Origin: Selaginella moellendorffii
Lineage: Eukaryota > Plantae > Lycopodiophyta
Direction: 5' to 3'
Length of the DNA stretch: 64,000 nt
Assembly: GCF_000143415.4 (NCBI RefSeq)
Contig: NW_003314309.1
Location: 918,641-982,640 of the forward strand
Part shown: positions 48,731 through 60,440 of the stretch, piece after piece
Position numbering within the stretch: the stretch's first letter is position 1
How the letters are laid out: the number at the start of each line of letters is the position of its first letter
Program-made: the position numbers and the translations under genes
Notes under the pieces: model-generated
What the model was told of the DNA's origin: nothing
Databases searched by the model: none
Seen by the model: the letters and a program-made list of their open reading frames with translations, nothing else

Positions 48731-50203
48731 CGAGCGGTCGCGGGATCGAATCCCTTCCCCGCCAATTTCCGGTAAGCTGGAAGTTGGAAAAGTCCCCTAA
48801 CGGCCATTTTTGCCTAACAGTTAAAGGCTGCCACTAGAAGCCAATAAAAAGCCTTTGTAACGCACACTGATCCAAGATCTAGCACATATATTTTGGTGGC
48901 GGTGTATTGGATGGATGAGTGATGATCAGGGTGGCCAAAATCGGTTCCCATTTCTGGCCCCTGGCTCAAAGCATAACCCGACAGTCCAAACTGTTTAAGT
49001 CGAAGCTTCATCTCTTTTATAGACTATTCTTTAACGGTATCTGTGCGTTCCAACTACTAGAGGATTACGATCCGGAATTTTCAAGCAGCGCGTGCGCCGT
49101 CCGATTCTTCCGGCGTGGATTTTTCTAACCAATTATGTTAAAGCTTGACAGATCCTTCCAATGATAGGTTTGATTTTTCCTTGAATGCCGTGGCCCTGTC
49201 AATGTGTGGCGTGCATCGCGGCGATATACCCATTTTCCACACACGTTGCTTGCTTCCAAACAAAAGGAAGGATCCGCAGCAAAGATATGGAGACTCGATA
49301 CGACAATGCCTCCATCATGGGACAAATCCTCTAATCTATTCGCATATGCTTGCTTTGTTATTCCACGATCAGGAAAGATTCCATTTCCCGAAAGGATCAT
49401 TATAAGCCAAAAAAATTAGCACGCCGCTTATTGTAAAGACGATCTTTTACGTGATTCAACGTGCTTGTCAACTTTATCAAATAGTTCCCCTTTCCATCAA
49501 AATCGCCAATTTTCTAAGGAGATCTTGGAGGGAATCGAGACTGTGACCGGTGGCCGCCCGCTCGTTTCCATCCATTAAAAGCAACTGGGGGTGACTGGAA
49601 TTAAACACCGCAGTAAAAGCCCCGTTACACTAACATAAAAACTGAAACGTAAAGATCCAATGGGCGCATCCCCGCCGTTGGATCGCGGAGGTCGTTTAGG
49701 ACAGGGCCACATTTCCACCTGCACCCTGTCCTTAAGGCCTCTCGTCTTCCATTTTCTGGCGTGCTCTCGTGCTCTCGTGCTCGTCTCTCTCTCTCCTCTC
49801 TTTCTTCTTCCTCCAATGATCCACATTTAGGTTTCACAAAGCGTTGGACGCTCTAGCGCTTCTCTCGGCGCTTCTCTACGGCGGAGGCACATCGGATCCA
49901 CATCGGTCTCCACATCGGTCGCGCTTGCCCAGCGCCGCCCCTCTGGAATCTTTTCCCTGCTCGGCGCCTTCAAATCCACCGATCTCTCGTCGATTCCCCG
50001 GGATGGATCGCTCTTAGGGCTTGCTCGCCGGGTGCGCTGTGTGAAATCTCTCGTTTCCTGCCCGCGCATTCGCTCCAGCGGCCGAAATTCCGCCAGATCT
50101 TTCTTCTCTAATTGCGCCATGCAGCCATCGCAAGCTTGAAATTTCGACTTCTTTCTCCGGTCCGATCACTCGATCAACGATAATCCTCATCGCCGGCGAC
50201 TGC

Positions 50204-51063
50204 ATGAGAGGATTGGATCATCCGCATCGCGTCATGGCACGAGAATGCAGGCCCCTTGGATGCTCCATCTCCGCCGCCGCCGCCGCCGCCGCCGCTAGTC
50301 TACTCCTCATCGCCTTGCTCGGCCTCGTTTTCCTGGGATCCGATCAAATGTTTGGCAGCCGACCAGGTACCCATCGATTTGCATGTTCATGAATGGGGCA
50401 CTGGAATTTTCTCATCGATTGCTTCTTTTTCACACAGGAGTCTCCATATCCACCGTTGGTGTTAATAGCGAGGCGAATGCTACCACTGCAAGCTATCATC
50501 CTTTCAATCATCAGTTCATGAGAAACCGGAAGCTCCTTAGCACTGCTGGTACGTGGTTCTTCCTTCCGTATAGTTTTTTCTTTCGTTTCTTGTGCTGATA
50601 AGAGTTTAGTGTCGTGTTGCTTGGCTTGCGTTTTGTTTGTACGTGAGTTCTTCCGAGTGTCCGCTTCTTTGCTTTGCCTTTGTTTGCTTGTGTGGAGAGA
50701 GTGCTACTACATGCTGATGGGAGGTAGTTTTCCATTGCAGACCGCCTTGCCGATTCGTGCACGACCTCTGATATTAGCATTTTTCAAGGCCAGTCCGCCC
50801 CTCTTCCAAATGGCATCCCAACGTTTACCGTCCAGATTATCAACCTGTGTCTCCATGACTGTTCTATGTCCGCCGTACATGTCTCGTGTGGTTGGTTTGC
50901 CTCAACCAAGCTTGTCAACCCAAAGATTTTCCGGCGGCTTAAGTACGATGACTGCCTCGTCAATGACGGGAAGGCAATCAAAGGGGGTGATAGTGTCAAC
51001 TTCCAGTATGCCAATTCCTTTGAGTACCCGATGAAAGTCTCCTCAGCCAAGAGTTGCCAGTAA
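50204..51063 (+). CDS. TPD1-like (tapetum determinant) secreted cysteine-rich ligand, 3 exons
   Basis: Exons 50204-50366, 50438-50548, 50741-51063 are in frame; hydrophobic signal, NRKLL processing-like motif, CTTSDISIFQG...PNGIPTFTVQIINLC...CGWFASTKLVNPKIFRRLKYDDCLVNDG. Confidence 0.88.
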
Positions 51064-51433
51064 GTTTTTCCCCCGAGCCCGCTGGTGTCAGTTTTGGCCT
51101 CGTTTCTTCTGGTGCGCTTTCGTTATACCTCGTAACGATGGTGGCGTTGTGGAGAGTTTTTTTTTTCTTCCTTTGCTTTGTGTACATAAGAGCCCCCCAC
51201 AGTTTTGCAGCTCCTAGTTCCTCCTCCTGGAATTGTATAAACGGAGACCTTTGCTAGTTTTTGTTTCTCCCCTCTTTCGTGCGTGTAATTTGCTCCTCTA
51301 TTAATACAGGATCGACTGTTTCGATCACTTTTCTCCGTATACTTGAACGTGTTGGTCTCTTTTTTTGTTTTTGTTCTTTTTCTGTTCTTTCCAATGGTTG
51401 ATCTATCTTACTGCATTCCACGTTCGCCTGCAG

Positions 51434-51741
51434 GTCGCCGTGCTTGTACCTACACAGACATTAGCGTTTCCCAAAGACAGGATGGGTCGCCTGGGATTCC
51501 TCAGTACACTGTTCAGATCGTCAACAGTTGCATGTCCCCTTGTGCTCCTCGGGACATACACTTGGCTTGCGGGTGGTTTGCTTCGGCCCCTCTGGTCAAT
51601 CCCAAAGTTTTCAAGCGCGTCAACTACGACGATTGCCTGGTAAACAACGGTAATCCTCTCGAGCACGGCATGGTTATCAGGTTCTCCTACTCCAACTCCT
51701 TTGCGTATCCTCTCAAGTTTAAGTCGGCCAGATTTTGCTAG
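51434..51741 (+). CDS. Second TPD1-like domain exon (separate gene or alternative terminal exon)
   Basis: CTYTDISVSQ...PGIPQYTVQIVNSC...CGWFASAPLVNPKVFKRVNYDDCLVNNG...FSYSNSFAYPL; phase-1 acceptor ctgcag| at 51433. Confidence 0.8.
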
Positions 51742-54101
51742 ACACCGTGGTGCCGCGCTCCAAGGCCCCCCGTCCGGTCTGGTGGTGGTCCTTCGTTTTT
51801 CTTTACACTACTAATACTTAAGCTACATGGCTTCGGTGTTCTCTAGAGAAACTAAATATGTACAAGGGAGGCCAGAGTCTTCAAGGGCGTCGTATTCTTT
51901 GTCGTGCTCCATTGCTGCCCCTGGTACACATCAGTTACTGTATGGTATTTGTCTGAGTACTGGTACATTTTGGTAAATTCCTGAACAGCCTTTGACACTT
52001 GCTTGTTTGACTTAAAACAGGAAATGTGAAACCGATAAAAGGAAGGAGGCTCGGGCGGAGGAAGCATTCCATGCTCCAGAAACTCACCACTCACGCGCTC
52101 ACCACCACAGGATCAGAGGAGCTGAATACATTATTTTATTCAGCTTGGTGGCCTGTTCAACGTCTTTATGGATGGAGCTGTCCTTCCTCAGACACTTCAA
52201 GGAGTCGCTTTCTATCTGCCAGCGAACATCAAGCCTTATGAAATCTCAAGCTGCATTTTCTGATGGATCTGGCTGGATTGGGTATATGCAACAACGTCCT
52301 CTGGCCAATGATGTAACTGTTGCTTCAGGTAACTTTTTCTTTGTGCTCCTGTTACTCAGTGTGGCTTGGCAGGATTTACATTTACAGCGGACTGTTGTTT
52401 GCGTCTCTACTGGCTCCTTGACGCATTCTCGCCTTTCTTCCTTACGAGCTAAGAATGTTGTCAGGTGAATTTTTGTTTTTACTGTCTAGAGTTTGTTCCA
52501 ACGTCTTGTGTGTTTTCTTCTTAGCCCAGGCGATGACGATGGTAAATCCTCTTAAGTTTGGGCTCGTATTTTCAGGACGTGAATACTACTGATGCCCGTT
52601 GTCTACAGTATATTGACAACTTTTTACCGTGATTGAGAGAATGCATGGCCGTCCGGGGAAACAGCAGCGAAGAAGAAAAGTTTCATGGCTACCAATTCTT
52701 CGCGGTGAAAAAGATTTTTTCTTTTTCTTCTTCCTTTGTTTACTGCTGACTTCCTTTGCGTGTGTTTTCAGGATCCTTGTTCATTTCTCGTGTCCATCAG
52801 ACGCGCTCACCGCTTTCGCCATTTCCCGCGCAGCACAAGCATTGTTTTAAAATTCCAAAGCTTCGAGAGTAGTCGCGGGCGCCGCGTGTCTACCAAAGAC
52901 AAGCAAGAGAACATCGAATGTCTAGAAACTCCATCAACGCGAGGCGAGAGGGGGAGAGCGAGAGAGCGGTGGGTATCCTCGTTTCCAGATAACTAATTGG
53001 ATACAAGTCTCGGTGGTTGTGCAGGCCGTGTTGATCCAACAAGAGCAAGCGAAAAAAGATAAGTATAACAGGAAGAAGAAAAGCTCAAACAAGAAGACGA
53101 GTAGTAGGCGTTACGTGAAATCGACGTTGACATGAAAAGACGACGACAAGCAAGCCGGATGAGACATCAATTCGCATGGCGAGATTTTTATAAGTTTCAA
53201 GGCGCCATGGATTGCTACAACTTTTTTTATGCGGGTCGATCGAGATCGAGAGCTGGATTGGATGTTGGGTGAGTGATTTCTTCCGATTCTTTGTTCCTGT
53301 GGTTTTAAATCCTTTTTTCTTTTTTTGCTGGTTTGGCCAAGAACAGGGGAGAGTACACTTCTTCGTTTTGTTGGAGAGCGAAGAAATCCTCTCTAAGAAG
53401 TCGGACTGGTCTTCGCAAATGATTTCAGGGACGGTTTGTTTAAGCTATTGAAGAGATCAATGCATAGATTCTCAAAGAGAGAGGCAAACGGGAATTATTT
53501 GCAGTTTAGATTAAACTGATAACTAAAACTGTTTCTACAAGCTAAGCAGAGCTGTTAGATTAAAGTAATTATTACAATCTAGACTGACACGTGTACCGTG
53601 CCGCCGCCGCCGTGAACGGCGGTAAAACCAAAAGCGTAGGTTACCATTCGCGGTCTAGGTTTTAACCTAACGGTTTTCACGCCCTTCAAGCCCGTCAGTT
53701 CCGTGTTATCTACTGGTATATACCAGCCCTGTACTCTCCGGGCTTGAATGCCCATACAGCATTTTGTGCGTGTCAAAACGAAGCGCAAGAGAAAAGAGGC
53801 TAGCGTGTTTTGTTTTTTTTTTTTTCGCTTTCTCTAGATCATTCTTCTTTTCGATTCATTGTGCTTGTGTATCGATCATGCATATGTGGAAGGAAGAAAT
53901 CGTCGCGAGCTCCATCGCGTCATTGTTAATCGTTTCTTCGTTCTCTTCTTCTTTGTAGCCCAGGCTCCCTTGCGATTCATTTCATTCTTTTCGTAGGAGT
54001 ATCGAGACCGAGATCGAGAGTTACCAAATCTACAGTCTTGCATTTGTTTCTTGTGAGTAGTGTGAGAAGAACTGGAACTACATCTTGAGTCGAGAGATAG
54101 C

Positions 54102-55437
54102 ATGGCCCTCTCGTTCGACAGCAGCGATGGCTGCGTCCTATCGGTGGACTCGCACCGAGTTGTGCCGGCGCCATTCCTGACCAAAACGTATCAGCTTGTC
54201 GACGATGCCGCTTCCAACGACATCGTCTCGTGGGGCGAAGACGGCTCCACCTTCGTCGTGTGGAGGCCGCCAGAGTTCGCCCGCGACTTGCTCCCAAACT
54301 ACTTCAAGCACAACAATTTCTCCAGCTTCGTGCGGCAGCTCAACACCTATGTAAGTCCCTCGAATCACCTTGACGCTCTCACTTGTTCTCTGATCTGATC
54401 ATCTTATCATTGCTTTCTTGCAGGGATTCCGCAAGGTTGTCCCCGACAGATGGGAGTTTGCCAACGATTTCTTCCGCAAGGGCGAGCGGCATTTGCTGTG
54501 CGAGATTCACCGGAGGAAGGCGCAGTGCTCGCTAGCGCATCTCCAGCACTACGGCTCGCTCTCGCCCTCCACATCCGGCGACGATCCCCAGCAGCTTGCA
54601 TGCAACTCCAGCGCAGCAGCAGCAGCAGCAGCAGCAGCCGCGGCATGGTCGTCGTCGCCACTGCACTCTCCAAGGGGCATTTGCAGCGCCAGCAGCACTG
54701 CAGCAGTGATCACGGCCACATCGCTCTCCCTGTCCGACGAGAACGAGCGGCTCCGCCGAGACAACTGCATCTTGCTCTCGGAGCTGGCCAGGCTCCAGAA
54801 GCTCTACGACGACGCGCTGCTCTTCCTTCAGCACAACATGAGGTCCAGTCCTGTCGGTGTAAGTGCCGGGGATCACGATCGTCTTTTCCCCCGCACCAGC
54901 GCGATGATGATGAGCTCCGCCACCACCGCCGCCACCAGCAGGCAGACGCAACTCCTCCGACACCAGATGCCTCCGCCGTCACCACTGTCGGCTCAAGAAC
55001 ACCAAACTTCCAGCTTAATTGGAGGCGGTATGGTTGTCGGGAGCAGCAAGCTGCTGGGGATGGATGCCGCTGCTCCGCGGGCCTCGACGATCGATTTCGT
55101 GGATGGAAAGCTGCGGGAGCTCAGTGCCGCGGCAGCCGCGAGGCCGGCTGCCAAGCTTTCACCATCATCTCCCGGGAGAGCTAGCGTTGATGATCAGCAA
55201 CGGGATGTTGAAGATGATCACACGAGTCCAGGTGGGATGATCAAGTCTGCCGGTCCGAAGCTGTTTGGAGTGGTTTTGCATGGGAGGAAACGCTTGCATC
55301 CGGATCAGCAGGCCGACAATCAAGACGCGGCGGTGATCAAGGCCGCCAAGATCGAGCTGGAGCTCATGCCGTCCACTCGCAGCGAGGCTCCATGGCTCAA
55401 GCTCCGAGCATCACGAGACGATAGAGTTTGCATCTGA
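54102..55437 (+). CDS. Class B heat-shock transcription factor (HsfB4-like)
   Basis: [17 protein letters not shown]...[16 protein letters not shown]|GFRKV with the conserved intron at 54351-54423; [23 protein letters not shown]; KLFGV repressor motif; RKR NLS. Confidence 0.93.
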
Positions 55438-58400
55438 ATGGATCATGAGATCCAGGATCGATTTAAATGGATTCTTTTCTCTTTTTACTCTTGCGATTCC
55501 TATTCGTGTCGATCAAAGGGGAAAGGGTGTGCATTGAATCTGTCTGTTAAAGACGAAGGAAGAAGAAAGAAGAAGACGAAGACTTTAGTGTTCCAGATTG
55601 TTCCAAAAAGCCGCGCTCTTTTCTTCTCTCTTTTTTCTTCCTTTTGCTTCTTCTAGTCTTTGTTTGTTTCTTCTGGAAGTTATTTGCATGCAACAGTGGA
55701 ATCATGAATTTCGCAGTGCGGTGTGGTTAGATTAATGATCACTATGGATAATCTTCAGGAGTAGGCTACTGATTCAATTGATGTGGTGGTGGTGGCAGTA
55801 GAATTGCTGCTGCACTGGAGTATGCTGGAGCTGCAGCCATGGCTCTGTAACTATTCCATGTTCTTCATGCCATCAACTGTGCATGATTTGAGATATATGA
55901 CACTGTATACATATACTACTTGTGTAAGAAAGTATTTAAAGACATTCTTTGTAACTTTCAGGGACAAGGGTTCTTCAAGCTCGTTTCTTTCTTGGACTTG
56001 TTCTTTCTTTTGCTCCTTGCTTAACAGGGAATTTACTCGAAAGGAACCCATTTTTGTTACGGACAGCAGACGAAAAGGAGGAGAAAGAAAATTCCATAGA
56101 GCTCTAGATAGGTGGTACGATGGAAAACGAAGAACATAGATAGCAAAGCAAGTCGTTGGGATACGCGTGTGTTCATTAAATAATCGGTGGCAAAGAGGTC
56201 ATTGAATCTCTGGAAAGACAGATGGTTCGTGCTACACATCAAATCCCCTTTGCAAAAAAGTCCACGTTAGTACAAAGAAAGCCCATGCAATGCAGCCACG
56301 CTCCTGTGCTTAAGCCACTAATCGCAAGTACTCCCTGCTGCTTAGAGGCCAGGATCATCTTAAGTGTGATTAGTGATAAACTCTCTAATCCAAAAAGTTG
56401 ACAAATGAGGGAAGCATTCCCCTTTCTGGCATTCAATGCAGAATCTGATGATGAGTAGACTCCGAGAGATTTGGAGAGGGTGAAGCTTGATTGAAAGAAA
56501 GCGATCGCTTGTTCACGTCTTTGCTTCCCCCCTGTGAGATCTTTGTTGTCTTGTGTAGTGCGTCTTAATCCCAGCAATTACCCGCATAAGCCTGGCTCTT
56601 GCAAGGCGAGAGAGTCACGAGTTTCGCTCCTCCATGACCACCGTAGAGTTTTAAGTGTACATGTAACGTAATGTGCCTTCGTTGTCTTCATAGTTACGTA
56701 AATGATATAGAGTGATCTCTCGGCTCGTCTTTGCGATGGAAGAAGAAGGAAGCTTGATTGACTTGGTGTGGTTTTAAAGGAGCTCAATCCCGTGGAGATC
56801 TCTGGAAGACTTGATTGCGTTTTATTGATCGATATTGTGAGAAGGAAAGAAGAGCGTTTCCAAATCGTTCTCTTGGTTTGAATTCTTCATCTTTGAATGA
56901 TCACTTGTTTCTAGACACTGCGGGATAACAACTTTGGTGGTAAATACTTTCCATACGCCAACAATAACACAGACAAAGACACACTGCCCCCCTGCATAAA
57001 GTATAGAGTTTCACGAAGTGCTACCAGCTCATATATAAGAAGGCTACAAACTTTAATCGTCATTCAAGAACCAGTTTATCACCTTGTAAATCCTCAACTA
57101 AGACGCGCAGACCCGACCAACACAAAGAAGAGAGAGGCAGCATCTATCATCAAGCTTGCATTTTTGCATCCATCGGCAGTAGGTCGCATGGATGGGTACG
57201 CAAGACTATCAAAGCATCATATAGATCTTTAGAAATATCTACACCATTCCGTCCATGATCCTCTTGAAATCTCTCTAAACTTCCCTCTCCAAAACAAAGC
57301 ACGAATAATTAGCGGGAACAAGAACCTGAAGAATCACGGGTGGTGTACCTTGTACGGAGGAAGCCTCGTCGGTACGTATAACGTGGTCCCAGAAAAACGA
57401 TATATGTGTGAGAGTGTGTGTGTGTGGCTGCGCTGCTTGTCTCTATAATACCCATCTTATAACTCGCTGTTCAAAAGGTGGTGGTGGCTGGCTCCTGCGT
57501 AGAGCATTATTACGGCTCAAAACCAAGTGGATGACGAAGATCTTCTTAGACGTACATCCAGATTGGTTTTTAAACGAAGAAAGCAAGGGATTACGCGGTA
57601 CAGAAGCTCGTCTTTTGGCGCAAACAACCCTAACCTTCTAACAGGTCTGGGGGAAAGAAAAGGATTCGAAGAAAGAGACCGGTTTGTTTTTCACGCAAAA
57701 CAAACCCCCGGTCAACTTTTATTGCCAGATGAAAATGGTTGCGGATCACTCATGAGAATGAAGATCACGTAGCTTAAACCCACTCCAATCACGGATAGCG
57801 AAAGTCTACGTTACGTATATGTATAGGCGTAGGTGTAGATAGGTAGCTGAAACTCCAGCTGCGGCTGCCAAAGTTTATAAGTACTGTGTACGCCATAATA
57901 TTGTTTGTTTTGTGCTCAGTTTCTTCTTCTACTTCTGTGTGAGTGAGTGGATCCTTGGAATCTTCTTCGTGGTTTTATGTTATATGTGTACATACATGCA
58001 TGTATACGTATCCCGTTCTATTCCACCACCACCGTTTCTATGAGGAAATTATCCATTCTGGGGCTCTGATCGCGATAACTTGACGAATATGCTACAAAAG
58101 AACTGTGTGCAAATACCCAGACTATTTTATAAATGCTTGAACCTGGCAACTTGCGAATCTGATGTGATGCCCTTTTGTTGTTTTGGGCCTTTTCTTTTGC
58201 CTGTGCATCCTCCAAGAGATCTAATAAGCACGTTGTTGTTTGTAATCAAATGGCCAATGTAGAGATTTGAAGAATATAACTATGGAAATTTTTCCACGTA
58301 CGTACCGCGTGGGGTCAAGAAGAACCTTCTCCTCCTTTCAAACAGACAAACATTCACGACAGACACATTCTACAAACGCTTTTGGGCTCTGTGCACCTAT

Positions 58401-59729
58401 CGTGTATTTTTTATTTTAAAAACGGAAATATCTGTTTCTTAATATTACCTCGCAGTATTTTATTACAATTGATATTATAAAATATTGTCTTGGCATAGAA
58501 TCACTGCTGCAAGATATAAGAATCCGAAGACGAAAGAAGTAGAAGCAGAAGAAGAAGAAGGAGAAAGTACTCAGAAGAAAAGAGTATTGTTTGCTTCTGT
58601 TTGGACTCTTGCTTGATTCTCTTCCCGTGACTCTGGCACACTCACAGGAGCTTGATGATGATAAGCTACTACTAGTTTAAAGCCTGGGCGATCTAAGAAC
58701 CATGATCAACCTCAAAAACCTTTCCCAAGTTTCCATTCTTTATCAAAAGCTGGAAGAACCTCAAAAATTCATCCAGACAAAATCACCCCACGACTTCTCA
58801 CCACTCAAGAAGAAAAAGATAAAAAAGAATTCACGTGAAGGAGCACATATACACACGTACGTCTTCGTCCAGTACTGTGGCAGCAAGCCAACGAATCTGC
58901 AAAAGCTTAGGCATTTTCGAGCAGGACTATACCACCCGTGTCGCGGAATACCTCCAAAAGATACGCCACGACTGGGTCACGGGTAGCGCAGCAGCTCCAG
59001 CACTTCTTCTCATGTAAGTATTCCTCCTCCTCCTATCGCCCGCTGGATGCGTCCACAACTAGTTTTATAAGGCTGCCGTGTCTCTCTCCTGGGCCCGAGT
59101 ACTCCCGGAAAGATCCTTCTCTCTTCTTCCAGAGCAGGATTTGGCGGATCCTTTGGCGCTGCCAGCGCGTCTCAACGTCCGTGACTTGGGAGCTTGGGAC
59201 GTCTGTGTCCCTCTGTCTCGTGGGCCAAAGAGTCGCTTTTGGAAGCCTGGACGTCACAATCCGCTCGCGCTTGTGAGTGGCGAGTTCGAACGAGGAAAGG
59301 GATAAACGACGCACCTTGGACGAGAAGATGGCGCAAGAGCTACTTGCGTTGTCCGACTGACCGGTGGAGCATGTCTCGAGCTCTCTGGTTGTCGTTGTCT
59401 CGGGCCAGAGGAGTCGAGTGTTTTTGATTGGTACTCCTCTTCAAGCATTTAGCCTGTCAAAACTCTGGAAACAGAAAAAGAAAGAAAATGAAAGAGAAAC
59501 ATAAAGGATATTTGAAGTTGCACTGTCACAGCGCCTTCAGACATGAGTTGTGATTACACAAAAGCCAACCAGTCCAGTTGGAGGACTACGATCGTCTTTC
59601 CCAGTCTTCCACGGAGGAATGGATACTGTCCAGCAAAAAGCAGCATGCAAATCCTTCCTGCAAAGGCCAAAAGAAACTTCAAAACCAATTCTTCGAAATC
59701 TTCGAAATCGGACAAACCATCTCAGTTCG

Positions 59730-60328
59730 CTACGACGCTCGAGGAAGTGGTTTTGGTTTCCAGATGCCCATTCTGTACCGGTGCGTGAACTTGATTATGG
59801 TTTTTCTCTGCAACAAGAACCACACGTAGTGAAACCAAATCCAAAAAGAAAATCAGGCAAAGCTTACGTGATTGCGAGGCATTTTCATCTTCTTGAGAAC
59901 CTTGACCCTGACCAGCAAAAAGTCTTTGAAAGTCTTGCACTTGCGGGCCAACTTATCATGGTAGACATCAAAGCCCTCGAAACACTTGAGAAAATCCCGA
60001 ATGCTGTACTCATTCACGTCCTTGGGAAACACTGCGAGCACATCGCTCAAACGACCAATCAATCGCAAAAAATGCAGATGGAAAGACACACAAAAATAAT
60101 ATACATTCACTCACCAGTGCGCGAGGATGGAGAGAGCGTCGTCCAGAAGGAATTCTCGGGAACAACGGGCAAAGGAGGGACCAATTGCACGGGCCGAGCC
60201 TCTGATTGCTGTGAATCCGATGGCGCCGCAGCGCCGGGGGTGGGAGCAGTAGAATCGGAGAATGCGCGAGACAGGGGGCGCAGCCGGAGGAGAGAATCGC
60301 TCAAGCGCCTGCGAAGAATCATCGCCAT
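59730..60328 (-). CDS. IGR-motif mitochondrial protein (mS41/Fyv4-like ribosomal protein), 3 exons
   Basis: Arg/Ser-rich presequence MAMILRRRLSDSLLRLRPLSRAFS; spliced C-terminus YSIRDFLK...FLLVRVKVLKKMKMPRNH|RKTIIKFTHRYRMGIWKP. Confidence 0.72.
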
Positions 60329-60440
60329 CGCTCGAAAACCCTAAACCTTCATCCCATCAAATTAAGGGCAAAATCTTTTTTAAAGGTAACGTGGCACTTT
60401 CGTAAAGTAAAACTCTGGAATGACCTAGGGTTTTAGAAGC
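60329..60440. promoter_or_regulatory. Putative bidirectional promoter (mS41-like / DapF)
   Basis: 112 bp between divergent ATGs; telo-boxes AAACCCTAA at about 60336 and CTAGGGTTT at about 60425; ACGTGG element at about 60389. Confidence 0.5.

Noticed and set aside
49125-50120. Small minus-strand ORFs upstream of the TPD1-like gene
   Set aside because: No motifs or coherent splicing; more likely promoter or 5'UTR sequence
52100-52470. AAFSDGSGWIGY string resembling the phospholipase A1 WIGY motif
   Set aside because: Similarity too short to support even a pseudogene call
55700-58700. miRNA-like strings (partial miR156, miR159 and miR172 resemblance)
   Set aside because: No full mature match or supporting hairpin seen
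59550-60344. 264-aa + strand ORF
   Set aside because: Antisense to the spliced mS41-like gene; no recognisable domain
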